This document shows, piece by piece, positions 24,490-37,527 of a stretch of 64,000 bases of DNA. Location: positions 124,001 through 188,000 of the forward strand of contig CM060732.1 of assembly GCA_030704615.1 (NCBI GenBank), given 5' to 3'. The DNA is from Takakia lepidozioides (lineage: Eukaryota > Plantae > Bryophyta). The notes below the pieces were generated by a model. That model ran no database searches and was not told where the DNA came from. It was given only the letters and a program-made list of their open reading frames with translations. The number at the start of each line of letters is the position of its first letter. The stretch's first letter is position 1. The translations under genes and the position numbers were made by a program.

Positions 24490-27195
24490 AGTATGCTGTA
24501 GGTGGTGAGGCTGGAGTGATGACCAGCAAGACCACCAGTGTTTTTTCTATGGTGAGGCTGGGTTGATGACCAGCCAGCGAGTTGTTACTATTGGATTTGG
24601 CAAGGACATGCCTGCACGAGGCGTAGCTGCCAGCCAACAGGTACAAGGGACTGCCCAACAGCGTGGTCAGGGGGGCAAGGTTGCCCAACCCAAATTCCAT
24701 GGAGCTTACATGGGGCCTCAGGTGCAGAGGCCAGTAGCTTTTTTTGCAGGCCAACAGCCACCAGGGGTGGTATGTTGGACGTGTGGAGGACCCCATGTCA
24801 AGAAAGATTGCCCAGAAAGTGGTAAAGGGCCGGCACAAGCGCAGCCTGCACAATTGCAGTGTGGGCATTGTGGCAAGTATGGGCATGGAGATGCCCAGTG
24901 TTATGACTTGCACCCTGAGTTGCGGCGAGGCCAGTTCCAAGGGAACAATGGTGACCGAGGGTGAGGTGGAGCACCTCAGAGAGGACAAGGTACTCAGGCA
25001 CGAGGTGCAGGACGAGAGCAAACACAGTATGGCCAAGGACGTGGAGGTCAGGGCGTTGACCAAGGCATGGCCAACCGGCTTCAGCAGTTAGAGTAAAGGT
25101 TTGCTGCCATGGCCACAACTCAGGTGGTACCAGCTCCAAGACCTGAGGGTCCACCTCCTATTCCTCCTCAACAACGTCATCATAACGGATGAGACATGGG
25201 AGGCATAGGATTTATGTGTGGGGCAGCACTACCATTAGTGCAGGTGGAGTCTGCTGCAGCCGTCACTCGAGGAGCAACACGAGTTCCTGAGCCACGAGGT
25301 GCAGAGGTGGAGTTGGATCCGCAGCGTGGGGAGGCAAGCCGTCAGGCTAGGTTGCCTCAATCATTCATCTTGGCGGAGACAGTGTCGACGACATCCATGG
25401 CACCTAATTCTCGCCCTACGGATACCGAGGCGGAGGTTATTGTGCCATTGGGAAGAGCTACACGTGTAGCACTGACACATGCTGCCAAGGCTAGTGCAGC
25501 TAGCCACCTTTGTGTGTCAGGCCCCACTATTCTTGGCAACCATGATTGCGACGCCGGGGGTAAGACCAGCTGCAGTGTTCAGACTAGCAGCAACACTCTG
25601 TGAGAGTGGGGAGGTCACTTCATCTTCTGTCGAGTTAGTGGAAGGTGTAATGGCAGAGGGATCCTCGGATTTGAGGGTCAAGACTGCCACGGCTGTGCCA
25701 TGACAAGCTGCAGCTGCCAGGTTGACGGAGCTGCCAGCTAGGCCAGCCTTTGAGCGAGCCATGGTGACACCTGAAGTTGTCTTGTTAGACAACCAGGATG
25801 AGATTTTCTCTTTGAGTGGACCGGCAAGCAAGAGGTACCGGCCACTGCGGGTCTTGTTGGACTCGGGAGCTTAGCAACACAGCGGGCACGGTTAGTGCGG
25901 CATGCCCATGAGGAGTTGGGGCATTTTGGGGTACGACGCACTCATAATCTACTGCAGGGGCAGTATTGGTGGCGTGGTATGCACACAGAGGTGCAACAAT
26001 TTGTGGCTAGGTGCATGGTGTGTGACAGGGTGCGTGCTTCATTCAACTCCCCTACATCACAATTGCACCCTCTTCCGATCATGGGATTGGGCTACAGGTG
26101 GAGTCTTGACTTCGCAAGGCCGTTGCCATTGACCATGCGCCACAACAAGTACGTGTTGGTGATGGTGGAGCACTTTTCCAAGTGGATCGAGTTGGTTCCA
26201 TTGCCTGATAAGGCTAGTGAGGGAGCTGCGTATGCATTCTTGGATTGTGTATTTAGCCGATTCGGTGCTCCAGCTGAGGTAGTCACGGACCAAGGGAGAG
26301 AGTTCTTGGGGGAGTTTCAGGAGTTGTGTGACAAGGCTTTGGTAGACCACCGCACCACTTCTCGGGATCATCCTGAGGCCGATGGCTTGGCAGAGAGGGT
26401 TGTTCAGACAGTGAAGAGGGGTTTGCGCAAATGTGGCTTGCAGAAAGGACACCTAGGAGATTGGGACCTTTAGGAGCACTTGGATGTGACAGAGTTCTGT
26501 TATATAACACAAAACACTCTGCAACGGGAGTTTCCCCTTTCGTATTGGTCTATGGAAAAGCGCCTTTGGTGTCGACAAGTTGGGCCGCCCAAGACGTTGA
26601 GGAACCGGCAGCAGCAGCGGTGCTGGAAGAACGCGAGCGTTTGTTGAAGCTCGCGAAGTACAACATTGTCAAAGCTAGGAAACGGTACGAACGGCAAGCA
26701 AATCCGAAGCGGAGGGAGGTTAAGTTTGAGGCAGGCACAGAGGTCTGGTTGAACATCAAGAATTTCCGACTACCTCCGGAAGTGAGTCCGAAGTTCGTAC
26801 CTTCGTATACGGGACCCTTTCGCATCCGGAAGGTTATGAATGAGGATGTGTATGAATTGGAGCTGCCGGCAAACAGCAAGGTGCATCCGGTATTCCAGGT
26901 CTCCCTTTTGAAGCCTTGCTTCAAAGATGAAGCGCGTCCGAATCGGCATCAAGTGTTGCGTCCGCCACCTGTGCTGTTGGATCATGAAAATGAACCTGAG
27001 TACGAGGTGGAGGCAGTGCTTAAGTCGAAGAATCAAAAAACGGAGTATCTCGTGAAATGGAAGGGCTATCATCATGTGGAGACATCTTGGGTGCGTGCCT
27101 CAGAAATGGGAAACGCATCCGATGCGGTTGCAGCTTTCGAAGGGCGACCTCAAAAGCGGAAGAAGCGTTGATGGGGACATCAACCTTGGATCGTG
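24490..27195 (+). mobile_element. Ty3/Gypsy remnant: gag zinc knuckles, protease start, integrase, chromodomain; RT/RNaseH deleted
   Basis: CWTCGGPHVKKDC and CGHCGKYGHGDAQC. VLLDSGA (~25850-25870) is joined directly to HAHEELGHFG..CMVC; core D..TDQGREF..E; then GPF and EYEVEAVL..YLVKWKGY..SW chromodomain. Purine tract at ~27195. Confidence 0.9.
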
Positions 27196-28789
27196 GGGGA
27201 GGAAATGCATGCTTAGCCCGACTTAGCTAGCTCAAGAATCCGATTGCAAAAACTTGTATTGTACAAATTTTGTTATAAATGAAATGGTTTCCAAATGTTG
27301 TGCGTCCTATTTTGTTTGGAATGGTGATGCATGGTATGGTCGGCTAATGTGTAGAATGCATGCTAGCTTACAAAAGTGGGAGAGGTAAATTGGATTAATC
27401 GTGTGTTTGCGTAGTGCCGAAATTGGGTGATTCCCATCCAAGGGGCACAGAAACTTGCGCCTTCTTTGGGAGTTCACGTGCTAGTGCATACCTGGCGCGT
27501 GCGTGTACTATAATTGCGCTACCGAGGGGGTTGCCTTGTAGTGCGGGCTAACACGGAAGCTACGTGCTTCCGTTCACGTACTATAATCGTGTAGCCTCAG
27601 GACGAAATCGTAGTGCGGCTTCGGCGTGTTCCCGTACCTCAGGCCAACATTCCAAGGCGGACCCAATTGTAGTGATTGGGGCGCACGGTTGGTTCAAGGT
27701 TATCTTCCTAGTCAAAAAGGGGTTCAAGGTGAACCCTTGCCCAAGGTGATGCCAAAAGCGACATCATGAGCGGTCGCAAGCAATGTTGTTGCAGTAAGGC
27801 GATTCGATCCTTGGGGAGGATCGTTCCTTGGCCTTGAAGTGGGCCAAGAAGAGTGCACTGGGAGGATCTTGAGAAGTTCCACCCTTGGCCGGGACTTGGA
27901 GGAAGTCGACCGAACTAGCTAGTGGAGAGTAGAGTCAAGTGGGGGTTTGGTTCTTTGCATGGGACGCCATGGTATGGAAACAAACTCCTTGATGTGGGAC
28001 ACCACAACTTGGATGTTTGTTTCTACAAAATGGACAAGTCGATGAGGACATCGACTCCCTGTTAGTAGGGGTGTGTGTTGCGGCCCTTTGCCTTCAGGGC
28101 AGGGGGTCGGGACGTAGGAGGGGCTGCCCCTGTGGTGGGGGCAGTGGCAGCGATAGGTACGGGGGGCTGAAGCACCCTTGAGTGCCCAAGGCGCTCAAGG
28201 AGGCGGAGACGCTCACTAGGTGGAGCCCCGCACACCGGGTTGCGGTGGGGGTGGCTCCACAAGGGGTGGTGGTAGCTTAGCGGGACTTAGTGGGGGTGGC
28301 ATAGGACTCACCATGGGGCGGAGACCTTGTGGTGGGAGTCATGGGGAGTCTTGGGACTCATCACTGTCCAATGGGGCCGTGGTGGGTGGGCCAAGACTCA
28401 CCGCGACTCATCACCGGGAGTCGAGGGTCTTCGTGGTGGTTCGCCATAAAATGGCAGGGTTGTTTGTGAAACCCCCGCGGACAATCATAGAAGTATATAT
28501 ATGGAGTAGTAACCCCGAGAACGGTGCAAGCACGTTGATGACCAAAAACTAGTGAGTAAGCGAGCGAGCCAGAAAGCGACCAAGGAGTGGGGAGCTATTC
28601 CGGACGTCCATCTACCAAAGGGAATTTCCACTAGGCCCAAATTGGTGGGGGGTCTTTTGGAAGAGTAAAGGGGGACCGTTATGTCCCGGTGAGCAGCCGA
28701 AGCTCCAAGTTGGCCCGGCAGCCAAGTTGGGAGTTAGCCGCGCGCATCAAAGCGAGTAACTATGACTTGAATGGGAGCTTACCGAAGTG

Positions 28790-31681
28790 AGGTGCGCAAC
28801 ACCTGGAGGAGGAAAGGAAGGATTCAAATGGAGTTGTAGTCGAAAGTATTGTTGTGCTCCACGATGATTTCGGCGACGGCAGGGAATGGCGAGTTTCACC
28901 ATCGGACAGCGTCATATATAGGGCTGTTGGGGACTTCATTTGCCTGCCAAATGTGCTTTCTATCCTGGCGCCTTCCACGAAACAATCCGCAAATCAGAGA
29001 GTGGGTACCTCAAAGAGAAAACTCCGCAACGAAGTTAATCCAGAGCCGACCCCATCAATGAAGATGAGTGAGAACCGGGTTGTTCACAATCTGTCCGACT
29101 CAGACGAGGTCATGGAAGTTCCAAGATCATCTTGGAAATCAGGCAAGTCCTCAATGGATATCAGCGGACGAGGGAGTCATATTCCCAGCACGAGCTTAGC
29201 AACTCGATCCATTCTTGATATTCTGCGAGGGCTTCACATGGAGGGACACCGCTTGGAGCTAGCTGGGCTGGACTACAGCAAGTTTGCAATTAAATCCGTG
29301 ACATGCCTTCCCGCAGATGTTGATAGCAATATCTTATTTGAGTTCCCTCCTGGAACGGACTATTCGAGGGCGTCCAGAATGTTGACAGATATGGATAGGA
29401 AACATGACGGTCATCCTTGGTGCGTCACCAAAACCACCAGCATGAAGATGCTCGATGGTGTGCGGGTGCGTTACGTTGTGTATGCGGGCCCGCGGTGTTT
29501 CTCCCCAACTTGCTTCCACTTTAAATCCAGAGGTCATAGGAACGAGACGGATTGGACAAGCACAGCTCATCAACCATTTCGAGGTCAGGAAAATGTTCCA
29601 AACTCCACATTTAAGTGTGCGCATTGCAAAGAACCACCACATTGCATGTATATTTGTAATGTCAAGCAGTTCTATGTGTTGCACCGTTTCTCTAACCTCA
29701 CACGAGCTTGCATACACGTTGGTGTGCATTGTCACAAATTGGCAAGGGGGAACTTGCGGGAGGCTGCCCACGAGGCAGAGCAGCTCATTCAGGAGGAGGT
29801 TAAGTTGAGACCTGGTGCCAAACCCAAACAGATACAGCTGCAGGCCGCCCATAAGATGGCATTGGCCAGAATTATGTCAGAAGATGGCTCTGACAGAGTT
29901 CCTCTCGATGAGAAGGAAATGGAGGCATTGCTGGAGTCAGTGTCCCACGTCTGTTCACCGAATGTCTGAAACCACATTGTCTCCTGCAAACAGAGAATTG
30001 GGTGAGGCTCGGATATGCACTCCATTCTGGAGGTGAAGCGACGATGTGGATATGACTACATTCATGGAAGTAGGTTTCCAGGACAAAGGACTGAGGCAGA
30101 TCGTTGTTTCGTATTCAAAAGTCCACGTGTGGGCCTGGCAGCGGCGTGGAACTGGTCCATCGGATGACGAGTGGGGACTTATCAAACAGTTGGGTCATGT
30201 TCGACCATATCAAACGAATTACAAATCATCAGTGGGTGACAATGGGTGCACATGTCTACGACACTCACTGCAGGATGCTAATGACAATTGCTATTTGTGA
30301 GATGAAAGGGGAGGACACACAATCAGAGATATTTCTTTGGCAGGGAATAAACGAACAGATGCCCCCGCCCAATTTCCGTGGTTTCATGGCGGACAACGCA
30401 CAAGCAAATTAGGCTGCCATCCGAAGGGTGTACGGGGAAGACCCCAATGTTCCGATGGAAGGCAATGAGAGATCTTGTGGGTTCCATTTTCTGCAGAGCT
30501 TGTCGCAGTACACAATCAGGCTCGTGGCGCCAGATTTCAGAGAGGAGCATCGTTCCATGTGTCTTGTGTGGAAGCGTGCTCCCACCTTGCATGATACAGA
30601 GACACAGTTTGCATGTATACGGGCTTGGTGGACAACGTCAGGTGCTGTAAAGAAATTAGACGAGGGAGCAGTGGTCAGTTGGCTAGCATGGTGGCATTAT
30701 CGTTAAATCCTCCAGTTCGGCGACTATATGCGGGAGGTGAGTTGGACGAATTCGCGTCCCGTTGAATATTATGCTAGTCATTATTTGTAACTTGCTTGTA
30801 ACCTCAGTATGTGCATGAGCAGGAAATGTGTCTGGACTCCGACACCGACATGCCGACAACAAACATGGCCGAATCGGTACATTCTTCCTGGGGTGCCTCC
30901 TATGCGGCGCATCTGGTGGATATCGTCACTGCCACAATGGAGGACATTGTGAGGTCAATTATGCAGGAAATGTTGATGTAGACTGCCTCTAGATCGAAGA
31001 ATCCTTGGAAGTGGGCGGCAGCCTTGCGAGAGGGCCTTTGAGACACGTCATTGCTTCAAAGAGGCCAACACTTGGAAGGAGATGTTCACACCCGTCTAGT
31101 GAGACGAAGACTTGACGAGGCACCTGGCGGAGAAGAGGATTCCTGGCGAGCTGACAAGAATATTCGCACGCTCCCTCGTGGTCCCGTGATGTTGCCCGAG
31201 GAGGTCTCGTCGAGCACCGCAAGTCCTGCACGCTCAAGATCGCCATCTCCTTTGAGCACAGGGCACGTGCCCAAGGAACGTAACGAGCCATCTGTAGTAA
31301 CGCATTACAACATACTGGAGACAAGAATGTCAGAGTCACAGTGGAGAATTGCAAAGACATTGCCGGCATTTCGAGGGAAGTGCTGCGCCATCCGGGTGGA
31401 TACGAGAGCACGCTGACGAGGAGGTCTCGTCGTGCACCGCAAGTCCTGCACGTTCAAGATCGTCATCTCCTACAATCGGAGTGGAGCCGACCTGCAATTG
31501 TACGGACTTCTCGTTGATGGAAGCAAAGAAGGGGACAAAGTATTATCCGTGCAAGCATCTGTATTACATTTACCTGAAGAGGTTGAGGATGAACTTGACT
31601 ATTGATGACTTTGTTCATGCACCAGCGTTGAGCGTGAACGAGCTACACAAACTCCTCCGCTGGGATTCCAGAAATCATTGA
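28790..31681 (+). pseudogene. MULE transposase pseudogene (WRKY/GCM1-like Zn domain, DDE core, SWIM finger)
   Basis: DGHPWCVTK..CAHC..C..HVGVHCH; VMFDH..FRGFMADNAQAN..CGFHFLQ; CNCTDF..PCKHLYY (SWIM). Several stops and frameshifts; probable intron at ~30737-30822. Confidence 0.82.
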
Positions 31682-33189
31682 TGGGGCAAAGGGAATCCAC
31701 CATATGGATATTTGCAATTGCATTTTTATGCTTTAGACTTTGTTGTGCAGTGTAATGAAATGCACCCCAAAACTCCAGGAATGAGACAGACAATATTAAA
31801 GTAATCTCTTTTAAAGACTATGGACTTTTGGATATCCGTTGACGTCCAGTGGCAATTCAATGTCGAAACAGATCCCATAATAAGATGGCGGCAGAAATTT
31901 TTTGCAGATCTTCCAGAAAACTGAGTTCCAACAGTAGCAGTTGTGGGGGCCATTTCTGGATAAATGGCGCCAAATTTCTCTATTGTGGGCCGAAAACTGG
32001 CTAAGTCCCAACATGTACGGGAACGATGTCTGGAAAAATGGCGCCGAATTTCCAGTTACATGGCCCAAAACTGCCCAACATCTGTGCAATCCCCGACACC
32101 ATCTACCAAAATTCGGCGCCACATCTCCAAATTTTGGGGGTAACACACCTGGCATGTTGGGACCTATAGCCGCGAAATTCGGCACCATTTTTCGCCGGAG
32201 GCACCAATTACCGTGAAATACGACGCAGTTTTCTTCGGTTTCGGAACCTATTACTGCGAAATTTGGCGCCATTTTTGCAGATGTCGCTCGGAATTTCATG
32301 AGCGGAAGAGGAAATATCATGAGCACGGCTCCCAAAACTACAATTTCAGCTTCAAACAATGAATATTATATTAGTTTTGTTCTGACACATTCCATTAAAA
32401 TAATGTTTTTAATGTTTTTATTTCCAAAATTTGTACTTCTGCTCATGAAAACCGATTGTCTTACTACTCCGCTTATGCCGCTCATGCTCATGAAATAGCT
32501 AACCTCCTTCCCCACCTCCACCAGAAAGTCGGCACCAAGGGCGGGATCAGCAATGGCCACGTACTTCACCATCCGCGACTTGTACTTGACGCGAGCCTTC
32601 GCCTCCGCACCTTTCAGATACGATGCACCCAGGTTGGTTTTTCTGTTGGTTTCTTGGCCCCTATTTGTTTCAGCTCTCTCATAAGAAGTAGGCTCACTAG
32701 AGTGGGATGAGACTTGTATCACAAAGTTCTGTCTTTCTCTGCCCCCCTTTTGCATGCAAATGAATGTAAGCTATCAAGTAGGCAGTGGAAGAACGATTGG
32801 ATCTCTGACCTCGTACCTATTGAAGATGGAACTGGTGACGTAGAGGCAGTGGTCTGGTCTAGAGACCTACCAAAGTCGTAGCACATTTGTCTACATCTTG
32901 GTGGTGGTGTCTACGATCACCTGAACTCATGCTCTGGGTCATGTCAAGAATCGGTTTGAATTTAAGGTTGTTGGGGAAGAGATGGCCGGATTTCAAGCTC
33001 CAGATTACCTATGATTCCTTGTGGAAGGATAGCTACAAGAAACCTGTGCATGGGTAGATGGTCAACTGGAAGCCGCAGCAGCAGTGGCACAATTGATAAA
33101 ATCAGGCACTGCTACTCAAGGCACCTTCTTCAACACATTTCACCCTGCTTTCCCCTCTTGTCAAAATCGGCCCTAAAATGAGATCCATG

Positions 33190-34560
33190 CTGACATCATC
33201 AAAGCTGGAATCAACGTGGATGACAGCCTTGTTAACATGTATGCTAAATGTGGAGCATTGATGGTGCTCGTCAAGTGTTTGACAATATGTCTGAACGAGG
33301 TGTGGGTTCCTGGAGTGAGATGATTGCAGGATATGCTCAGCATGGGTTTGGTAAGGAAGATTTTGAGATTTATGAGCAAATGCTAGGAAGACCCCTGATT
33401 CGGTCACCTTCATTTGCATTCTCAATGCATGTGCCCTAGAAAAGGGCAAAAGGGTTTATGCTGACATTATCAAAACTGGAACTGGGTCATATATTAATTT
33501 GGAGAATACCTTAGTGAACATGTATGCTAAATGCGGGAGCCTGAAGGATGCGTGCCAAGTGTTTGGCAACATGGCTGAACGAGATTTGGTCTCATGGAAC
33601 ACAATGATTGCAGGATATGCTCAGCATGGTTTCAGTAAGGAGGCTTTCGAGATGTATGAGAAAATGCGAGGGGAAGGGCTGATGCCTGACAAGGTCACAG
33701 TCATCTCCGTACTCAATGCTTGTACCAGCCTGGCAGCCCTGGGAAAGGGAAAAGAGGTGTACGCTGACATTATAGAAGCTGGAATTGCATCAGATATCAT
33801 TCTCGAGACTGCGCTTGTGAACATGTATGCCAAGTGCGAACGAGATTTGGTCTCATGGAATGCGATGATTGCAGGATATGCCCAGTATGGGGTAGGGAGG
33901 CTGTGCAACTATTTGAACACATGAGACTGGAGGACTTGAAGAAAAATGGTATCACCTTTATATGTGTTTTGTCTGCATGTAGCCATGTGGACCTAGTGGA
34001 TGAAGGCTTTCACCACTTTGTTTCCAAGACCATGGTCTCACTCCTACCCTGGAGCACTTTGGCTGCATGGTGGACCTTCTTGGCCGTGCAGGGCGATTGG
34101 ATGAGGCAGAGGACTTCATTAGTAAGATGCCAATTAAACCAGATGCTACGGTGTGGGGTGCCTGGCTTGGTGCATGTAGAATTCATGGCAATGTGGAGCT
34201 AGCAGACCGTGCAGCGACATGAATTCTCAAGTGCGATCCACAACACAAGTTTGCAACTTATGTGCTCCTATCAAACATCTATGTTGCAGCTGGTAGGTGG
34301 GCTGACACAGCAAAGGTCAGAAAAATAGAGAGGTGTAGGAAAGGAGTTAGAGCGCAGCTGTATTGAGGTGGACAACCGGGTGCATACCTTTGTTGCAGAA
34401 GACAAACTGCATCCACAAATGGGGAAATCCGTGCTGAGCTGAAGAGACTCTCTGAGTAGATGGAGAAAACCGGGTACATGCCGGACCGGACATTCGTTTT
34501 GTATTGCACGATGTGGAGGAGCAGCCCACCGCTGCAGACCCAACCTGAAGCTCACAGGCA
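33190..34560 (+). pseudogene. PLS-E/E+-(DYW) pentatricopeptide repeat RNA-editing factor pseudogene
   Basis: NTLVNMYAKCGSLKDACQVF..ERDLVSWNTMIAGYAQHG repeats; [59 protein letters not shown]. Multiple frameshifts and stops. Confidence 0.9.
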
Positions 34561-37527
34561 AGTGAGCACAAAATGTTAATCCTTTACAAAGGATCAATCA
34601 TTCACAAAGAAGGAAAGTTTTGTCAGCTGCCTTACGTTCCCATTGCTGAACCCACCACTATTCAGCTGGTTCGTTTCCGTAGAAACTGTTGTATTGATAA
34701 AAGCCCACCGCCTCAATGCTTCAAAAGGATAGAAAAAGAACAAGCCTAGCCTTGCTTCCAAAAGGTGAAACGTTGAGCCCTGGTGAGACAACAGACTGTC
34801 TAGGGTTCCAGAAAATTAGGGTTCCAGAATTACCAGTCAGCTGAGGAGTCTGACAACTTGAAGACGTTCATATTTCAGTGCATTCGCACATGACCGTGCA
34901 CAACTTGTCGTGTTGCTCGCTGCCGGTGGTTACAATGGCATCTAGGAGACACACATCTAGGAGACACACAGGAGGAATACTGTAAGCTTTGCCACCAATT
35001 CAAGTCCTGTTGGCCAAAATCATGAGTCTCTTAATCCGTGAAAGAAAATATGGACGCAAACGATTCCTGCGAGAGAGGAAAACTCTAGCCTCCGCCTGCC
35101 TGCCCATTACAAACAAGTACGTAAACAAAAAATACATGTTATAATCTAGACCGAGGTTACGGCGCTAACCCGGGGTAAGAGAATAATCGTTTGAAATCTA
35201 ACCCTGGGCATGCACATCCCAGGGTAGAGAATCTTTACCCCTGGGCCAAAGGATCATTAGAGAATCTTTCCGGGGCTATAGAATCCTTCCCCGGTCCATA
35301 GAATCTTCCCCGGGCTTTCTAAGCCCGGGCCACTATTCCAAGTGCACGGCGCTTTCTGAATTCCATACGCGGGCAGTACCTGTCAGCTCAAGCAATGGGC
35401 CATAAAATCAAGCCACATAGATATTGGGACCGTTTGCAAGTGTCAAATTCAGGGTGCCAATGTTGAAAACTCGCCCATGTCATTTGGTGAGATATAGTAC
35501 CCACGATCAATTGGGGGGAGAGTTGAAGATCAGGCAACCCGACACTGTGGGAAGAGCCAATCAGTGGGGCCGACGGGAGGCTTGGAGAGGAGGGAAATGG
35601 CTCCACAGGCTGCACACACACACTCGTACGCATAGAAGTAGGGGGGTCGATGGGAGATAGACACGGGTTTTTTATGTAGAGGATGGGATGAGAAGGGGGC
35701 CCACCGCTGCTTCTGGAAGGTGGGCCCAGAAGGCTCCACCACCGATCCCTTGCCGAACATTGTTCCCAGTCGGGAGTGGGTGATGTAAAACTCTCAACAG
35801 TGTGGATTCTACTGGACGTGAAGTGCTCACACGTCCAGGAGAAGTATGATGAGAAAATGTTCCTCTGGTAGCTTCAACGCGGGAGTTTCAAACAACATTG
35901 TGACGCTAAGACTAACATCAACGTATGCAAGATCCAACCTGACCTCATAACGACTCGGGTACAGTTCACTCCGTCCGTCTATACTGCACCATCTATCATC
36001 TCACGTTCATTTTGCGGTAGACGGACTATGGCCAGTCAAATCCGTTCCACGAAAGAGGTGGGCCCACCTCTCGCAGAAGGGGGATGTGAACAGCTCCTAC
36101 AGACTGGCAAAGAGGACAAAACTTTCCTTCGTCATCTCCGTCTCCCCAATTTTTCTTAGGCTAGGACTTATGGGGGAACTGGTTTCGATGCCGCCACGTT
36201 GAAGTTTTTACAATACTAGCGCTCTCGATTAGGAGGGATACCGCGCAAGAACGACAAGCCCAGTACTCGGGAGTGCCCGTCGTCTCTATGTTCGATCTAT
36301 CTGTGTTGTATGCATCCGAGAAATATTGGAGTCTCAAGGGTCTCAGTGACGAGTCAGAAATATTTCTCAGTATTGTGCTTAGTGTTGCGAACTTTGGCTG
36401 TAGATGCTCCCATCAGGCGCTTGGAAGGAATATGTACGTCCTCTCTGTCTCCCATATCTCTCTACCCTGAGGGGAACTTCCTGGTTATTCTCACTCTCTG
36501 GGTTGTGTGGGCTGTTTCTAATTGGACCTGCAAAGACCTGAGAAATAGTTCGCTTTTCCTCTCATTGTGACACGGCGCGGTGAGAGGCATGGAGTATTGG
36601 AGATCTCGCAGACTTGCTGGACGACTGGCAGTGGGAATTACCATGTCTACTGCACTGTAATAGAAGCTTCACATATTTTAAACTGGTAAGTGTACACATA
36701 TAAGTTGCACTTATTTTTAGAGGAACTGATTTTACAGCCTCGTCGATCCCTGACGCTCCGCAGTTTTATCATCCAGCTTACACCTCGAGCACCAGAAGTC
36801 TGAAGAATCTTCTGAAGTGTGGAAGGCCCATATTGTGATCTTACTACTGAATTCAAACACATCTGGGATAGGGATTCATGGGCTCATAGGCTCGAGATTT
36901 AATATCTATCTAGATCTATCTAAAAGAGTAGGACTAGAACCAGCAAATGGGTGTGATGTGCCTCCAGGGGCATGGTTGTTATTTCTGGGATCACGGGGAT
37001 CACACTCAATTAACCACCTAGAGAGAGAAGACTGCGGCCCAAGCCATCGTCAAACCAAAGTTGCCATTCTTCTGACCATCTCCAAATCAGGGGCGCCGCT
37101 CTGATCACTATGTACAGGTCTAAGTAGAGTGCTTGTTAATTTGAAACAAGGAACCTTGCAAGAGTTTAATAAAGTCATGCATGCTAATGCTTATACATGC
37201 GCGCAAAGTAGCAAGATGGGAGATCTTATTTGAGCTCTGTACAGCACAACAAGCTGGTCTCCTGGAGAGTGTACATGTTGGACGTGTACGAGTAAATTAA
37301 TCAGAAATGTATGTGTACACACACAAATATATACATACAAAACTGACTTTGAAGGTTTCTAGCTCGATAGTTGGCCAGATCTATCTTAAGATCATTTAGT
37401 GAATTATACTGTACGTCACCTAGCAGGTCTGACGGGAACTTATGTCACGTACATGTGATGTCACGTGTGGGTACTGGACAGGTGAAAACAGCTCGTAAAG
37501 TATATGCAAAACAGCGACCAAATTAGG

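Larger units (their letters stand above)
22395..32506 (+). mobile_element. Mutator-like (MULE) DNA transposon with ~700-bp terminal inverted repeats, containing a Gypsy-derived insert
   Basis: 22395-~23100 is the inverted copy of ~31797-32506 (termini GAGGTTAGCTATTTCATGAGCATGAGCGG); a transposase lies inside. No matching TSD found. Confidence 0.88.
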
